The notes under the pieces are model-generated. The model was not told the origin of the DNA and made no database searches. It saw only the letters and a program-made list of their open reading frames with translations. A DNA stretch of 64,000 nt from a virus. The stretch is taken from positions 1-64,000 of the IMG/VR virus record IMGVR_UViG_3300028590_000009. One strand, 5' to 3'. Shown one piece after another: positions 28,377 to 38,383 of the stretch. How positions within the stretch are numbered: position 1 is the first letter of the stretch; every line of letters starts with the position of its first letter. Made by a program: the position numbers and the translations under genes.

Positions 28377-28642
28377 AGCTCGCCTCGAAATCGGTTCGCG
28401 GGCATGATGACCCCCTGATCGGCGTTGTGGGGTGCCCGGCCCCCTGGCCCAATCGCTGTGGAACGGCAGGGCCAGGGGTGGGAGCGGGATGAGGATTGCA
28501 GAGGCTCCCTGCCGGACACGCTTCAAGTACACCTCATTTCGGGCATACTGGAATCTCCAACGCGGATGTTCGAGTTAATCGGCTGGACGTCCAATGCGGG
28601 GCATTCCACTACGGATGCAACCAGATAGCGAGGCTAACGATC

Positions 28643-29533
28643 ATGGCTGGTTCGACCCTCCCGCGACGCGCGATGGGACGCCTCCTTGGCAAGCTGCGCG
28701 CCAAGGCCAAAAAGAGTCAACTAGCAGCAGGCTTAGCGATCGAAATGTCACCCCAGTCGATCGGGCGACTAGAGGACGGCCAACCATGCCGAGTCAGCAG
28801 CCCTCAAATGGAAGTGCTGCTCGACCTGTACGAAGCCACGGACGACGACCGCGAGACAGTGCGAGCGTTGATGCAGGAAGTCAAAGCCGCGAAAGGTGAC
28901 CCGGCCGGCGGTTGGTGGCGCACCTACTCCGACGTCGTGTCATCACACTTCGACCACTTCATGAGCCTAGAGCAGGCTTGCGACCGATTACTGACATTCC
29001 AACTGACCTTGCTGCCCGGCCTGTTGCAGACGTCGGACTATCGACGTTGGATCGCCACGACAACCGATCCAGGAATGTCCGCGGTCGATGTGGAACGGCG
29101 CCTGGAGTTGATCGCTCGACGTCAACGCAGACTGGCCGAGGATCCCGATTTCACCTTGGAGGTGCTGTTGGGGGAGTCGGCGTTACGTCATCAGGTCGGC
29201 GGTCGCGAGGTGATGGCGCGCCAGTTGCTGCATTTGGCCGATGTGGGTGACCTGCCGAATGTTTCGATCCGAGTGATCCCGTACGGTGCAGGCGGTCATC
29301 CGGGGCTGGTGGTGCAGTCGTTCACTCTGTTCGAGTTCCCTCCGCTGCAATCGTCTCGAATGCTTGAGCCTCCCGTGGTGTTCGTGGAGGGCTTCACGGG
29401 CGCGTTGTTCCTGGAAGAGGACAGTGTGATCGATCGCCATCGGGAAGCTGCGGATGATTTGCACCAGGTAGCGTTGGATTCGGATGACACCAGGAGACTG
29501 GTGAAAGAGATTGCAGAGGAGTATGCATCGTGA
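28643..29533 (+). CDS. XRE-family HTH regulator with DUF5753-like domain (WhiJ/Scr1-like)
   Basis: GSTLPRRAMGRLL, GGWWRTY, LLPGLLQT.DY, LLGESAL, SIRVIP, VFVEG. Confidence 0.9.
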   Translation: MAGSTLPRRAMGRLLGKLRAKAKKSQLAAGLAIEMSPQSIGRLEDGQPCRVSSPQMEVLLDLYEATDDDRETVRALMQEVKAAKGDPAGGWWRTYSDVVSSHFDHFMSLEQACDRLLTFQLTLLPGLLQTSDYRRWIATTTDPGMSAVDVERRLELIARRQRRLAEDPDFTLEVLLGESALRHQVGGREVMARQLLHLADVGDLPNVSIRVIPYGAGGHPGLVVQSFTLFEFPPLQSSRMLEPPVVFVEGFTGALFLEEDSVIDRHREAADDLHQVALDSDDTRRLVKEIAEEYAS

Positions 29534-29736
29534 CCAGGGAGTATTCCGGCGCGAAGTGGTTCAAGAGTAGCCACAGCCAGGCTGGCGGGGATTGTGTCGA
29601 GGTTGCCTTCTTGGATGAAGGCGGCATCGGTGTCCGCGACAGCAAGAATCCGACCGGTCCAGCGTTGGCGTTCACGCCTGGCGAGTGGGCCGCATTCACT
29701 GCGGGTGTGCGAGACGGCGAGTTCGACCGCGCCTGA
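29530..29736 (+). CDS. DUF397 family protein
   Basis: WFKSSHS...CVEVA...VRDSKNPTGPAL.F...EW.AF...GEFD. Confidence 0.95.
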   Translation: MTREYSGAKWFKSSHSQAGGDCVEVAFLDEGGIGVRDSKNPTGPALAFTPGEWAAFTAGVRDGEFDRA

Positions 29737-29748
29737 CTGATCGACCTG

Positions 29749-29789
29749 AACCGCCCCGGTCCTGTGGAGACCGGGGCGGTTTTGTGTTT
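29749..29789 (+). terminator. intrinsic terminator
   Basis: AACCGCCCCGGTC/GACCGGGGCGGTT stem followed by TTGTGTTT. Confidence 0.8.
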
Positions 29790-29920
29790 CCGGGCGAGCG
29801 CGGGAGGTTGTGAGTATGTGCCGTGAACTGTAGGCTAGGAAACAAACTGGAAGCGTGAAGGCAACGGGTGGCGACCGATCCGGCCCTGGACTTTCACATA
29901 TCCGTTACCGGAGGCTCCCC

Positions 29921-30115
29921 ATGACCACAACCAACCAGTGGCTCACCCGCCGCGAAGTCGCGACACTCACCGGATTCTCCCCCAAAACCTTGGAGAACTG
30001 GGCTGCCATGAAACCACGCAAAGGCCCCAAATGCTTCAGGGTCGCCGGACGCGTCAGGTACTCGCTCGACGACGTCACCGCATGGCAGCAACGACAGACC
30101 GTCACGGCGGCGTGA
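29921..30115 (+). CDS. excisionase / AlpA-like HTH protein
   Basis: WLTRREVA...SPKTLENW...GP...GRVRY; SD GGAGG; adjacent to the integrase. Confidence 0.85.
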   Translation: MTTTNQWLTRREVATLTGFSPKTLENWAAMKPRKGPKCFRVAGRVRYSLDDVTAWQQRQTVTAA

Positions 30116-30137
30116 CCCACACCCCCTGGAGGCTGTC

Positions 30138-31394
30138 ATGGCGCAAGAAGCATTGGAAGCAGGCGGATGGCCGCCCAAACACAAACTGATCCCCGAGAAA
30201 GGCGCTGACGGGGTTTGGCGACTGACCAAGGTTCGCCACCGCACCTACGGCGGACGTTACGTGCGCACGAGCGGCGCGGGCGCCACAAGGAAAGAGTGCC
30301 TGTCCGATTGGGAGAAACGGTTCGAGGTGAACCGTCAGAAAGGCTCCGCGCACAGCAGTTCCACCAAACGCCGCGAGTTCGAACCAGCCGACAAGATGGC
30401 GGTCGTGTTCGACGCCTTCATCGCCGCACAGGAACGCAAATGTGAGGCAGGCAAGATCACGCGCCAAACGCTGGTGTCGTATCGGCAGTCGATCTACCCC
30501 GTCGAGAACGGTGGTAGCCCGGACTCGATCAAGCTCATGCGCGAACTGGGCGACCTGACGATCGCCGAGGTCGGCAAGCCGAAGTTCCTGGCCGACTACC
30601 TGGAAGACATCGCCGACGCCTCACCCGGGTATGCGGCCCGCCACCACCTGATCCTGACCGTGGTGTTCAAAATGCTCACCCTCGCAGGATTGTTCGACTT
30701 CTCCCCGATGGCGCCTGTTCCTCAGCCTGGTATTCGGGGTGGTTCGCAGCGGGCGTTGACCGCGGATGAGCGGGACGCCCTGTATGACGTGTTGTTGGCG
30801 GCGTCACCGCGCACGAAGTATCTGCGCCCGTTGACGTTGACGTTGCTGGGCACGGGGGTCCGTCCGGGGGAGGCGCTGGCCCTGCGGTGGATGGACGTCG
30901 ATGGTTTGGATGATCCCGAGGTGGATCGGGCGACGGCGTATGTGTGCGGAACTTTGGTGTCGCGCGGCGGGGTGACGTTTCGGCAGCCGAGGCGCAAGTG
31001 CGGCAACTCCTACTACCTGACTTTGCCGCGTTGGCTGACGACGGTGCTGCGGGCATGGAAGGCGGATGTGAAGCCATCGTCGGTGGAGCGTCCGATGTTC
31101 GAGTCGTTGCGGGGCGGGTTGTTGTCGCCGCGGACTGCTGAGAGCACGTTGAAGCGTGCGCGGACGGGTTCGGCGTTGGAGTGGGTGAAGTTCGGCAATC
31201 TCCGAGACACCGTGGCTACTCATGTGACTGGGGTGTCGGGTGATCCGAAGCATGCTAGTGCTCAGTTGGGGCATTCGGAGGGGGCGTCGTTGGCGATGCG
31301 TCATTACATCGATTCCGCTGGTTACAAGCATCCTGCGGTCGATAACGCGGACGCGTTGGAGCTGTTGGCGCCGAGCAAAGTTACACCAAAGTAG
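30138..31394 (+). CDS. int: tyrosine integrase
   Basis: GTGVRPGEALAL, K in RRK, GNLR at the HxxR position, LGHS, RHY. Confidence 0.9.
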   Translation: MAQEALEAGGWPPKHKLIPEKGADGVWRLTKVRHRTYGGRYVRTSGAGATRKECLSDWEKRFEVNRQKGSAHSSSTKRREFEPADKMAVVFDAFIAAQERKCEAGKITRQTLVSYRQSIYPVENGGSPDSIKLMRELGDLTIAEVGKPKFLADYLEDIADASPGYAARHHLILTVVFKMLTLAGLFDFSPMAPVPQPGIRGGSQRALTADERDALYDVLLAASPRTKYLRPLTLTLLGTGVRPGEALALRWMDVDGLDDPEVDRATAYVCGTLVSRGGVTFRQPRRKCGNSYYLTLPRWLTTVLRAWKADVKPSSVERPMFESLRGGLLSPRTAESTLKRARTGSALEWVKFGNLRDTVATHVTGVSGDPKHASAQLGHSEGASLAMRHYIDSAGYKHPAVDNADALELLAPSKVTPK

Positions 31395-31622
31395 GAATCC
31401 AGGGGTTTTCGCTGAGACCCGCACCTATGCCTACCTGCGCGAATACCTATATTCTGCGCATATGAAGGTACGTATCCGTGGGGGGTTACTGTGACCTGCG
31501 GTTATAGTGATTTTTAGGCCGTTTGACCTGCGGTTTTCCCGGATCGAACCTCCCGCGACTTCCCGCTGTCCCACTGCGTAATCCCGCTGTTTTGCGCTCA
31601 AAGTGACACTCAAAGTGACACT
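31376..31622. other. putative attP region with arm-type repeats
   Basis: CAAAGTTACACCAAAGT at 31376; tandem CTCAAAGTGACA x2 at 31597-31620; TGACCTGCGGTT at 31492 and 31524; AT-rich centre. Confidence 0.65.
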
Positions 31623-31626
31623 TTTG

Positions 31627-31660
31627 CCCCCGGAAACCCCCTCGGTTTCCGGGGGCTTTC
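31627..31660. terminator. hairpin terminator
   Basis: CCCCGGAAACC/GGTTTCCGGGG stem followed by GCTTTC. Confidence 0.65.
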
Positions 31661-31899
31661 TCGTCTCCTGAGGCACCGTCGGCGGACCCGATTTCAGCCC
31701 GGATCGCGACGACTGATCGCCCCTGTCCGAGCCGCCCGTTGCATCCACCCCTCAGCGTGTCGAATCCGAGACGCGCCGACGACTTTTCAACCCCCGCGAA
31801 CTCTCGGCAACCACAACTACCCATTCATTGAAATTATGGCATGAACTGGAGTTGATGCTATAGACTGAGCAGATTCACTCCGACCGTGAGGATTCCCCA

Positions 31900-34465
31900 A
31901 TGCCTGATAGCGCAGCCCTGTTTCAGCTCATCCGAGGCGGCATCTACCGCAACCCTCTGGGCGCCGAGCTGACCGCCCTCATGCCAGCGCGGGATTGGGA
32001 CACCACTCGCCTCGGACCGATCGACCTCCAGCCAGTATTTGGCGACATCTGGATCGTTGAGGCCGCAGGCGGCATCTTCGGCGGTGCGCGCCACCTCGCC
32101 ACGGCAGATGGCCTCTCCGCTTACGGTTACCAGCTGGTTCCGGGCGCGACGGAGTTCAGCGATGTCTGACCCCTCCGAACTCCTCGCCGCCGCTATGGCG
32201 AAGTCGACCGACCGCCAAGCCCTCGAATACGGGGGAGCTGACTGGCGAACCACTGCCGTCGACGTCCTGGCCGAGGGCTGGCGTCCACCGCCGCGCGTCA
32301 TCACCGACCCCGCCGAAATGGATGCCATGGGGAACCGCGCGGTCGTGCGTGACGACACCGGTTTGACGTTCGCTCACGAATCGGGCAGTTGGTGTGTGGC
32401 GGGACCGATTCGCGGAACCCACTCCAGCGCCGAGGTGCTGGACATTTCCGATGGCAAAGTGACCGTTCTGTGGGAGCCCGCCGATGCCTGACCGCCTCAC
32501 TGACGAACGCCTGCACGCGCTCCGCGACGACGAGGCCATCTGCACCAACGCGGGGGAGCGGTCGATGGCCGCCGAATTGATCGAGGCCCGTGCCTGGATC
32601 TCGGCGGACAAGCTGACGTTGGATCGCGTGGCCGACGAACTCGGATGCAGCCGTCCGCAACTCGATCTCTGGTTCGCCCGCAACCTCATCGCCTCTCTGG
32701 AGGCGGATCGGAACGTGGTTGTCGGCCAGTTGCGAACCTCTCGCGAGATCGCCGCTGGGCTTCGACTGCTCGTCGCCAACGGTGAGCAGGAGATCGCAGC
32801 CTTGTACACCCGCGTCGCCAAGCTCGAAGGGGAGTTGCGCGAGGAAGGCAACCGCGCTGGCTATTTGGCGGACTTGTTGCGCGCAGCCTGCGTGGAGGGC
32901 GCGGACGCTCGCGCCCGCGTCCATGAACTCGGGAGGCAACTCGACCGCGTAACCGACCTGTTCGAGAAGTGGGCGGCCGAGGAGAACGAGCATCGCAAGG
33001 CGGGTGAGTTCGGTATCGCCGAAGGATTGCATGTCGCGATCGAGGAACTGCGGGCGGCAGTTCACGGCAAGGAGGATGACCGCTGATGGGGCACACGATC
33101 ATCAAACCGATCCGTGACGAGGACTTCTATGTCGTCTACTCGTCCGTCGTGGACGCGCCGATCCGGTGCGGCACCCGCGCGGAACTGGAAGCCACCTACG
33201 AGCACGCCGCAGCGGACCGGTTCGCCCGCGCCGACGAGCACGGTACATCCTCGAAACTCGGCTGGGACGGATGGGATCAGCAGACCATCACGGTGCGTGA
33301 AGGCTTCCGGCCCGGTGCGTGGCCGCCGAATGCCTGTTGGGCGAAAGTCGCCCGCGTGGACCTTCGCCAGCTCTGCGAATCCGTTGATGCCGACGGCTAC
33401 TGGAACCCACCCGAAGGGCTTATCACCTGGGAACACTTCGACGAGGAGGCCGACCGATGAATGACGACTACTACCGCGACGGCATCCTGAGGCGGACTGA
33501 ATTCCGGGGCAACGCCTTCGCGATCGACCCTGACGATTGCGGCTGCACCGACTGCATCACCGGGGAGGCATTCCACCCCTCCGACTCCCGGTTGTGCACC
33601 GCGATCCAGCAGGGCAGGACGCTCATCAACCGCACCGGGCATGAAGTGATCCTGCCCAACGGATACCGCCTCGATTACGGCCAGTCGTGGCATCCAAGGG
33701 CGCGGAATCACTGCCCCGGGTGCATTTGCGGCGAGAGGGAGTGGTGAGCAGCGATGAGTGAACTCCTGGGCACCGATTCGCGTCAGTGGCGGCATCTCTC
33801 GAACGACACCACTTGGCCCGCCCTCGAACACGACGACGACATCGACTCCGTGGAATGGCGGCTGCGACACGCCCCCGACTACCTGACGCCGCAAGACCTC
33901 GCGTTCGCGGCCTCAGTCATGTCCGCCTACGAACACCTCATCTACCACGCCGATCGGGCGACAGTCGCTCTCGTGCGACGCGAACTGCGGGAAGGGCTGA
34001 AGGAACGTCATGGATGACGACGAGCACCTTGAGCGCGCCATGCGGATGTACGAACAGGCTGCCATCGCCGACATTCGACGCGAGACGGACGCGATGGAAG
34101 ATGGGCTCGCCGCGATCAGCGTTCCCGGTGCAGACGGAACGCCGATGCCGTCCACCTGCCACCCCTGCTACGCGAAGCAACGCCAGTTCATCACCGACTG
34201 GCTGGAGCGTCGCCCAGGCGCACCGAGCGGCCCATACCTGCTCCTCCCGAAGCCGATTCGGCCAAGGAGGTACGAGCACTTCGCCGCAGACGTGTCCCCG
34301 ACTACCCCAATGCTCGAAACGCTGGAATTGCAGCGCCGAACCGCTTGCGCCCCCGCGCCATACGTCGGCAGTCCATACTCTCTCACCTGGCAATGCGGCG
34401 TCGACAAGCTCGGTCGCGCCGTAGCTGGTGAGATCACCTACGAATTCCTCTACCCGGGCCTCTGA
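31900..34465 (+). CDS. operon of seven hypothetical proteins
   Basis: ORFs 31900-32169, 32162-32491, 32484-33086 (coiled coil), 33086-33460, 33457-33747, 33754-34017, 34010-34465; motif copy at 31842 upstream. Confidence 0.65.
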
Positions 34466-35142
34466 GCTTTGCTGTCTCGCCATCGCTTCCGCCACGTCTT
34501 CACCAGCCCGCGAATCCCCGCGACCGACGTGGCGACAAGGATCGGCACCGAAAACGCCGCCAACTGCGTGTCATACCGGTCGATCACCGACTCCGACGAC
34601 TCAGCGAGCAGCACAACGGTCACCACAGCCGACGCCAACGCAGCCAGAGCCGTCACCCACACCGTCACCATCGGCAACACACGCTTATGCCTCGTCGAAT
34701 ACAGCAACACGGCGCCCACCGACAACGCGATCAACGCCGTCAACCCTTGATACACAGTGCTGCCCGGTAACGGCCTTGCACCGAAACCCGAAGCAACCAC
34801 TTCCGCGGCCACGATCGCCAAGCAGTACACAACCCAGATCCGCACATGCAGCCGGTTCTTCCGCCACCGCAGGCACAGCACCCCGAACACGCAGCACGCG
34901 AAACCGCCGATCACCGCATGTAGCAGATCCGAGATGTTGGCGGGTGTCACTGGAGTTTCATCCAACCAGTCCGCCCAAGTCGGCACCTGAACCGCGTAAG
35001 TGCCTGCTACAGCGAACAGGGCCACGGTCATAAGTTTCCGGCCGGTAACGTCCACCTTGTCCGGGCATTCAGTAGGCAGCCGCCGCCAGATAGTGAGCCG
35101 TGCGACTGCTACGACCGCCGCGAGGATGACGAGGTACCACAT
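34450..35142 (-). CDS. multi-pass membrane protein
   Basis: About 6-7 hydrophobic segments; downstream of an HTH gene. Confidence 0.7.
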   Translation of the reverse strand: MWYLVILAAVVAVARLTIWRRLPTECPDKVDVTGRKLMTVALFAVAGTYAVQVPTWADWLDETPVTPANISDLLHAVIGGFACCVFGVLCLRWRKNRLHVRIWVVYCLAIVAAEVVASGFGARPLPGSTVYQGLTALIALSVGAVLLYSTRHKRVLPMVTVWVTALAALASAVVTVVLLAESSESVIDRYDTQLAAFSVPILVATSVAGIRGLVKTWRKRWRDSKAQRPG

Positions 35143-35197
35143 AACGGGAGGTTACCGCCGTAACAGGATTGTTAACCCTCGGTTGCCCAAACTTGTA

Positions 35198-35506
35198 CTA
35201 TTCGCCGCCGAGTGCAGACATCCACGAATCCCCACCAGGGTCTTTGTGGTCGGTCATAAAGTCAGACGAAGCAGCAAGGCCCTCGGCCTCGGCAAGGATC
35301 TTCGACAAATCGGTACCCAGCACGGCCGCGACCGCCAACTGATCCTCCAGTTTCCAGTCGCTCCCGGTCTGCTCCCGCTTGCGATAAGAACTCTTGGACA
35401 TGCCGAGCTTTTCCCACATGGTCTGTTGGGTCATCCCCGCCTCTCGCCGTCGCTGTGCGACCACACGCCCGAAGGCACGTTGCAGTCTTTCTTGGTGCCG
35501 TTCCAC
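35198..35506 (-). CDS. XRE-family HTH regulator
   Basis: AFGRVVAQRRREAGMTQQ...LGMSKSSYRKRE...VAAVLGT. Confidence 0.8.
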   Translation of the reverse strand: MERHQERLQRAFGRVVAQRRREAGMTQQTMWEKLGMSKSSYRKREQTGSDWKLEDQLAVAAVLGTDLSKILAEAEGLAASSDFMTDHKDPGGDSWMSALGGE

Positions 35507-35908
35507 GGCCTCACCCTAACGCGTGTGGCCGCGCGAAATGCGTTAGCGAAACGTTGCGCAAACACGCGGCGATCAAACCTTGCGGTACCGTCGTCACCGG
35601 TACTAGTCTTACATCCAATCGGATATAACAGGATTGATACCCAAAATATTCGTGTCAACACGCCCACCGTCGGGGGAGGGCAGGCTGACCCTATGGGGAT
35701 CCCTTTGATGAGGTAGAAGCCTAGACGCAACCAAACGGATGCTCGAAGACCCCGAAACCGGGTCTACGCACCCTCGGCGGCAACCAGAACGAGACCCAGC
35801 CGCCAGATCGCCCAGCCGCGCGGCACCCGACGCGCCCCGGGCGAATCTTCCGTTACACCTTGTTATCCCGCCCTCACGGGCGGCACTCGCGCACCCAAGG
35901 ACGACCCA

Positions 35909-36418
35909 ATGACGTACTCGCCCGACCGCCCACCAGAACCACACCCCGACTACGCCGAATACGTGCTCGCCGACACCGAACCCAACATCCTCGTGGACCT
36001 CGCAGTCCTCGGCGTCGTAGAACGAACCCCCATCGACTGCATGTGCTGGTGGGTCGACGACCAAAAGAAGCTGTGGAAGCAAATCGGACAAGTCGCCGTC
36101 AACATCGACACCGGAGTCATCGAATTGTGGCCCGCCGACGGCCCATACATGTACCCCAGCGATCACGGGCGACTCCGCGACGCCGGATTGAAAGCCTTCA
36201 TGGATCCGCCCAGCCTCGACACACACTGGTCGCGGGTAGTTCGCGAAACCCCTCAAGGCCCGGTCGGGTTCTGGGAAACCATGATCGCAGTGCAGGCAGA
36301 CGCAAAAAGCCTCCCGGTAAGGATCATCCGGGCGGCTCATGGGTTCGCGCAACGGCAAGAGATCGCGTTCTCACGCCGATATGTCAAAACAGCAGACGGA
36401 CAAAACACCGTCGCATAG
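35909..36418 (+). CDS. hypothetical protein
   Basis: SD AAGGA; typical codon bias; 169 aa. Confidence 0.65.
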   Translation: MTYSPDRPPEPHPDYAEYVLADTEPNILVDLAVLGVVERTPIDCMCWWVDDQKKLWKQIGQVAVNIDTGVIELWPADGPYMYPSDHGRLRDAGLKAFMDPPSLDTHWSRVVRETPQGPVGFWETMIAVQADAKSLPVRIIRAAHGFAQRQEIAFSRRYVKTADGQNTVA

Positions 36419-36468
36419 CAGGGGATTCACCAGGGGGTGGGCTCCACTATCGAGAGCCCACCAGAGGC

Positions 36469-36978
36469 TCAGCCTTTGGAACGCGCAGTACGACGCGCAG
36501 GCTTCACATCTTCCTCGACACGCCTCAAAGCGCTACGACTGTCCTCGCCAGCTTCTATTCGCTGCAATGCGGGACCGGGACCGGGACCTAACCGTCTCCG
36601 TACAAGCTCGACGACTTGATCGTTTGTGAGCACCCCCGCAAGGATCTCGACATCGGTCGTCGGCAGCGGATCAGCCGTGATCCCCAGCTCCTCTTTGGTC
36701 ACATAGCCTGCCCGCACGATCACTTCGGAGATCGGCCGACGGAAGGTTTCCGCGACCTTGCGCACGATCGGCATCCGCGGCTGTTTGCCTTCGTCTTTCC
36801 AGGAGACCGGGGTTGTGGATGCGACGCCCAGGCGGCCGGCGAGGGCGTTGAAGCTGGGGATGCCTTCGATGTCCATGAGTTTCTGGATGTAGGGCCACCA
36901 GTCGGGGGCATTCGATTCGGTTGTGGCGGCAGCTTTGGCAGTCACGGTGGCACCCTTCACAGGTTTACCCATTGGCAT
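36469..36978 (-). CDS. HTH repressor (candidate immunity repressor)
   Basis: WWPYIQKLM...SFNALAGRLGVASTTPVSWK...P...VRKVAE.F...VIVRAGY; divergent from the recombination/replication operon. Confidence 0.75.
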   Translation of the reverse strand: MPMGKPVKGATVTAKAAATTESNAPDWWPYIQKLMDIEGIPSFNALAGRLGVASTTPVSWKDEGKQPRMPIVRKVAETFRRPISEVIVRAGYVTKEELGITADPLPTTDVEILAGVLTNDQVVELVRRRLGPGPGPALQRIEAGEDSRSALRRVEEDVKPARRTARSKG

Positions 36979-37301
36979 GGAGTAGATGGTCGGTGCAACT
37001 GATGTTACGACAGCGTAGGGCGACATCGAAAGGGTGTGTCGCGAACCAATCGGCGGACACATGGTCCGCCTCCTAATCAAACCGCTGGTCATGCTTGGTT
37101 TGAGGGCATCCTAAATTCTTTGTCACACCACGAACTAACCGGTTTGTGCCCGCAATTCAGGTTACAGACTAGACTGAATGCTGTACGATAAACTGAGACC
37201 GCGAAACCGCAGGTCAACCATCCCTAGACATCAGAAAGGCCCGCCCCGACTGGCATCGGGACGGGCCACACACCCCACGACCCCTGGAAGGACCACGTGG
37301 A

Positions 37302-37454
37302 ATGTCTGAACCCAATCGTAGTCATAAAGCTGTGAGCAGCCTGTGGCACATCGCCCGAGCACACCTCACCGTCGGCTTGAGCGTCGTCGGACTAATCGCC
37401 CTCGAAGCGCTCATCATCCTCAACCTCATGCCAGCGATCTGGAGCATGCCGTGA
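37302..37454 (+). CDS. 50-aa single-TM peptide
   Basis: MSEPNRSHKAVSSLWHIARAHLTVGLSVVGLIALEALIILNLMPAIWSMP; stop overlaps the GTG of the exonuclease. Confidence 0.55.
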   Translation: MSEPNRSHKAVSSLWHIARAHLTVGLSVVGLIALEALIILNLMPAIWSMP

Positions 37455-38383
37455 CGCCGCTCGAAGGTCACCAGCTTGCCGAAACGCTGGAGCCGGGCAG
37501 CCCTATCTGGTGGTCAAAGATGTCGGCCTCGAAGGTGGCCGCAGCAATCGGCCTGTCCCCGTGGGAATCCCGATTCTCCCTGTGGCACAAGATGGCTGGC
37601 AGCCTCGACAGCCCGCCCATGACGCCCGAACAAGCTCGCGGCCACTACCTCGAACCTGCCATTCATGCCTGGTTCTCCGACCAGCATCCCGAATGGGACG
37701 TCACGAAAACAGGCACCTGGCAGCACAACGAACGTGACTGGCAGATCGCCTCACCCGACGGCCTCATATGGGTGCCCACCGAAGACGGTGGACGCGAACT
37801 TCGCATCGGCGAATGGAAGACCGACGCCCACCCCGACGGCGGCGAAGACCCCGAATGGGGAGAAGAAGGCACCGACCGAATCCCCGCAGGCTACCGAGCC
37901 CAAGTCATGTGGACCATGGACACGATCGGCGCCCGAACCGCCCACATCGCCTGCCTCGGCGCGTTCCTCAACTTCCGGCAATACGTCGTCCACTACGACG
38001 CCGACGAAGCCGCCGACATCCGTACCCGCGTCACCGCATTCAGGGACACCCTGCCCGACGGCAAGAACCCGCAACGCCCAGACATCGACGCCCACACCGC
38101 CACCTACGAAGCGGTACGCGCCCTCAACCCGTTCATCGTCGACGACCGCATCGAACTCGACGCCGAAACCGCCATCCGCTACCTCGCCGCCCTCGACGCC
38201 GAAAAGGCCGCGAAGGACGAAAAGCGTATGGCTACTGCGCTCGTCGCCGACGAGATGGGCGACCTGAAATACGGAACCTATCTCGGCGTGAAAATCGCCC
38301 GCCGCGAACAGAAATCAGGCGGCACCCCCTACGTGAAAACCACCGGGCATCGCCCCAGCATCCAGGAGGCACAAGCAGCATGA
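37451..38383 (+). CDS. YqaJ/RecE-like exonuclease
   Basis: SASKVAAAIGLSPWES, GHYLEP, ASPDG, EWKT, YRAQVMW. Confidence 0.92.
   Translation: MTPLEGHQLAETLEPGSPIWWSKMSASKVAAAIGLSPWESRFSLWHKMAGSLDSPPMTPEQARGHYLEPAIHAWFSDQHPEWDVTKTGTWQHNERDWQIASPDGLIWVPTEDGGRELRIGEWKTDAHPDGGEDPEWGEEGTDRIPAGYRAQVMWTMDTIGARTAHIACLGAFLNFRQYVVHYDADEAADIRTRVTAFRDTLPDGKNPQRPDIDAHTATYEAVRALNPFIVDDRIELDAETAIRYLAALDAEKAAKDEKRMATALVADEMGDLKYGTYLGVKIARREQKSGGTPYVKTTGHRPSIQEAQAA

Noticed and set aside
29855-29920. Extended excisionase start at GTG 29855
   Set aside because: It sits at leaderless spacing from the motif, but the extra 22 aa look non-conserved and ATG 29921 has a good SD; unresolved, shorter call preferred.
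31678-31782. Possible tRNA near attP (TCGAATCC T-loop-like sequence)
   Set aside because: Cannot be folded into a cloverleaf; no proper acceptor stem or CCA end.
37768-38379. Arg-rich N-terminal extension of RecT (494-aa ORF call)
   Set aside because: It overlaps the exonuclease in another frame; the real start is the ATGA-coupled ATG at 38380 with an SD.
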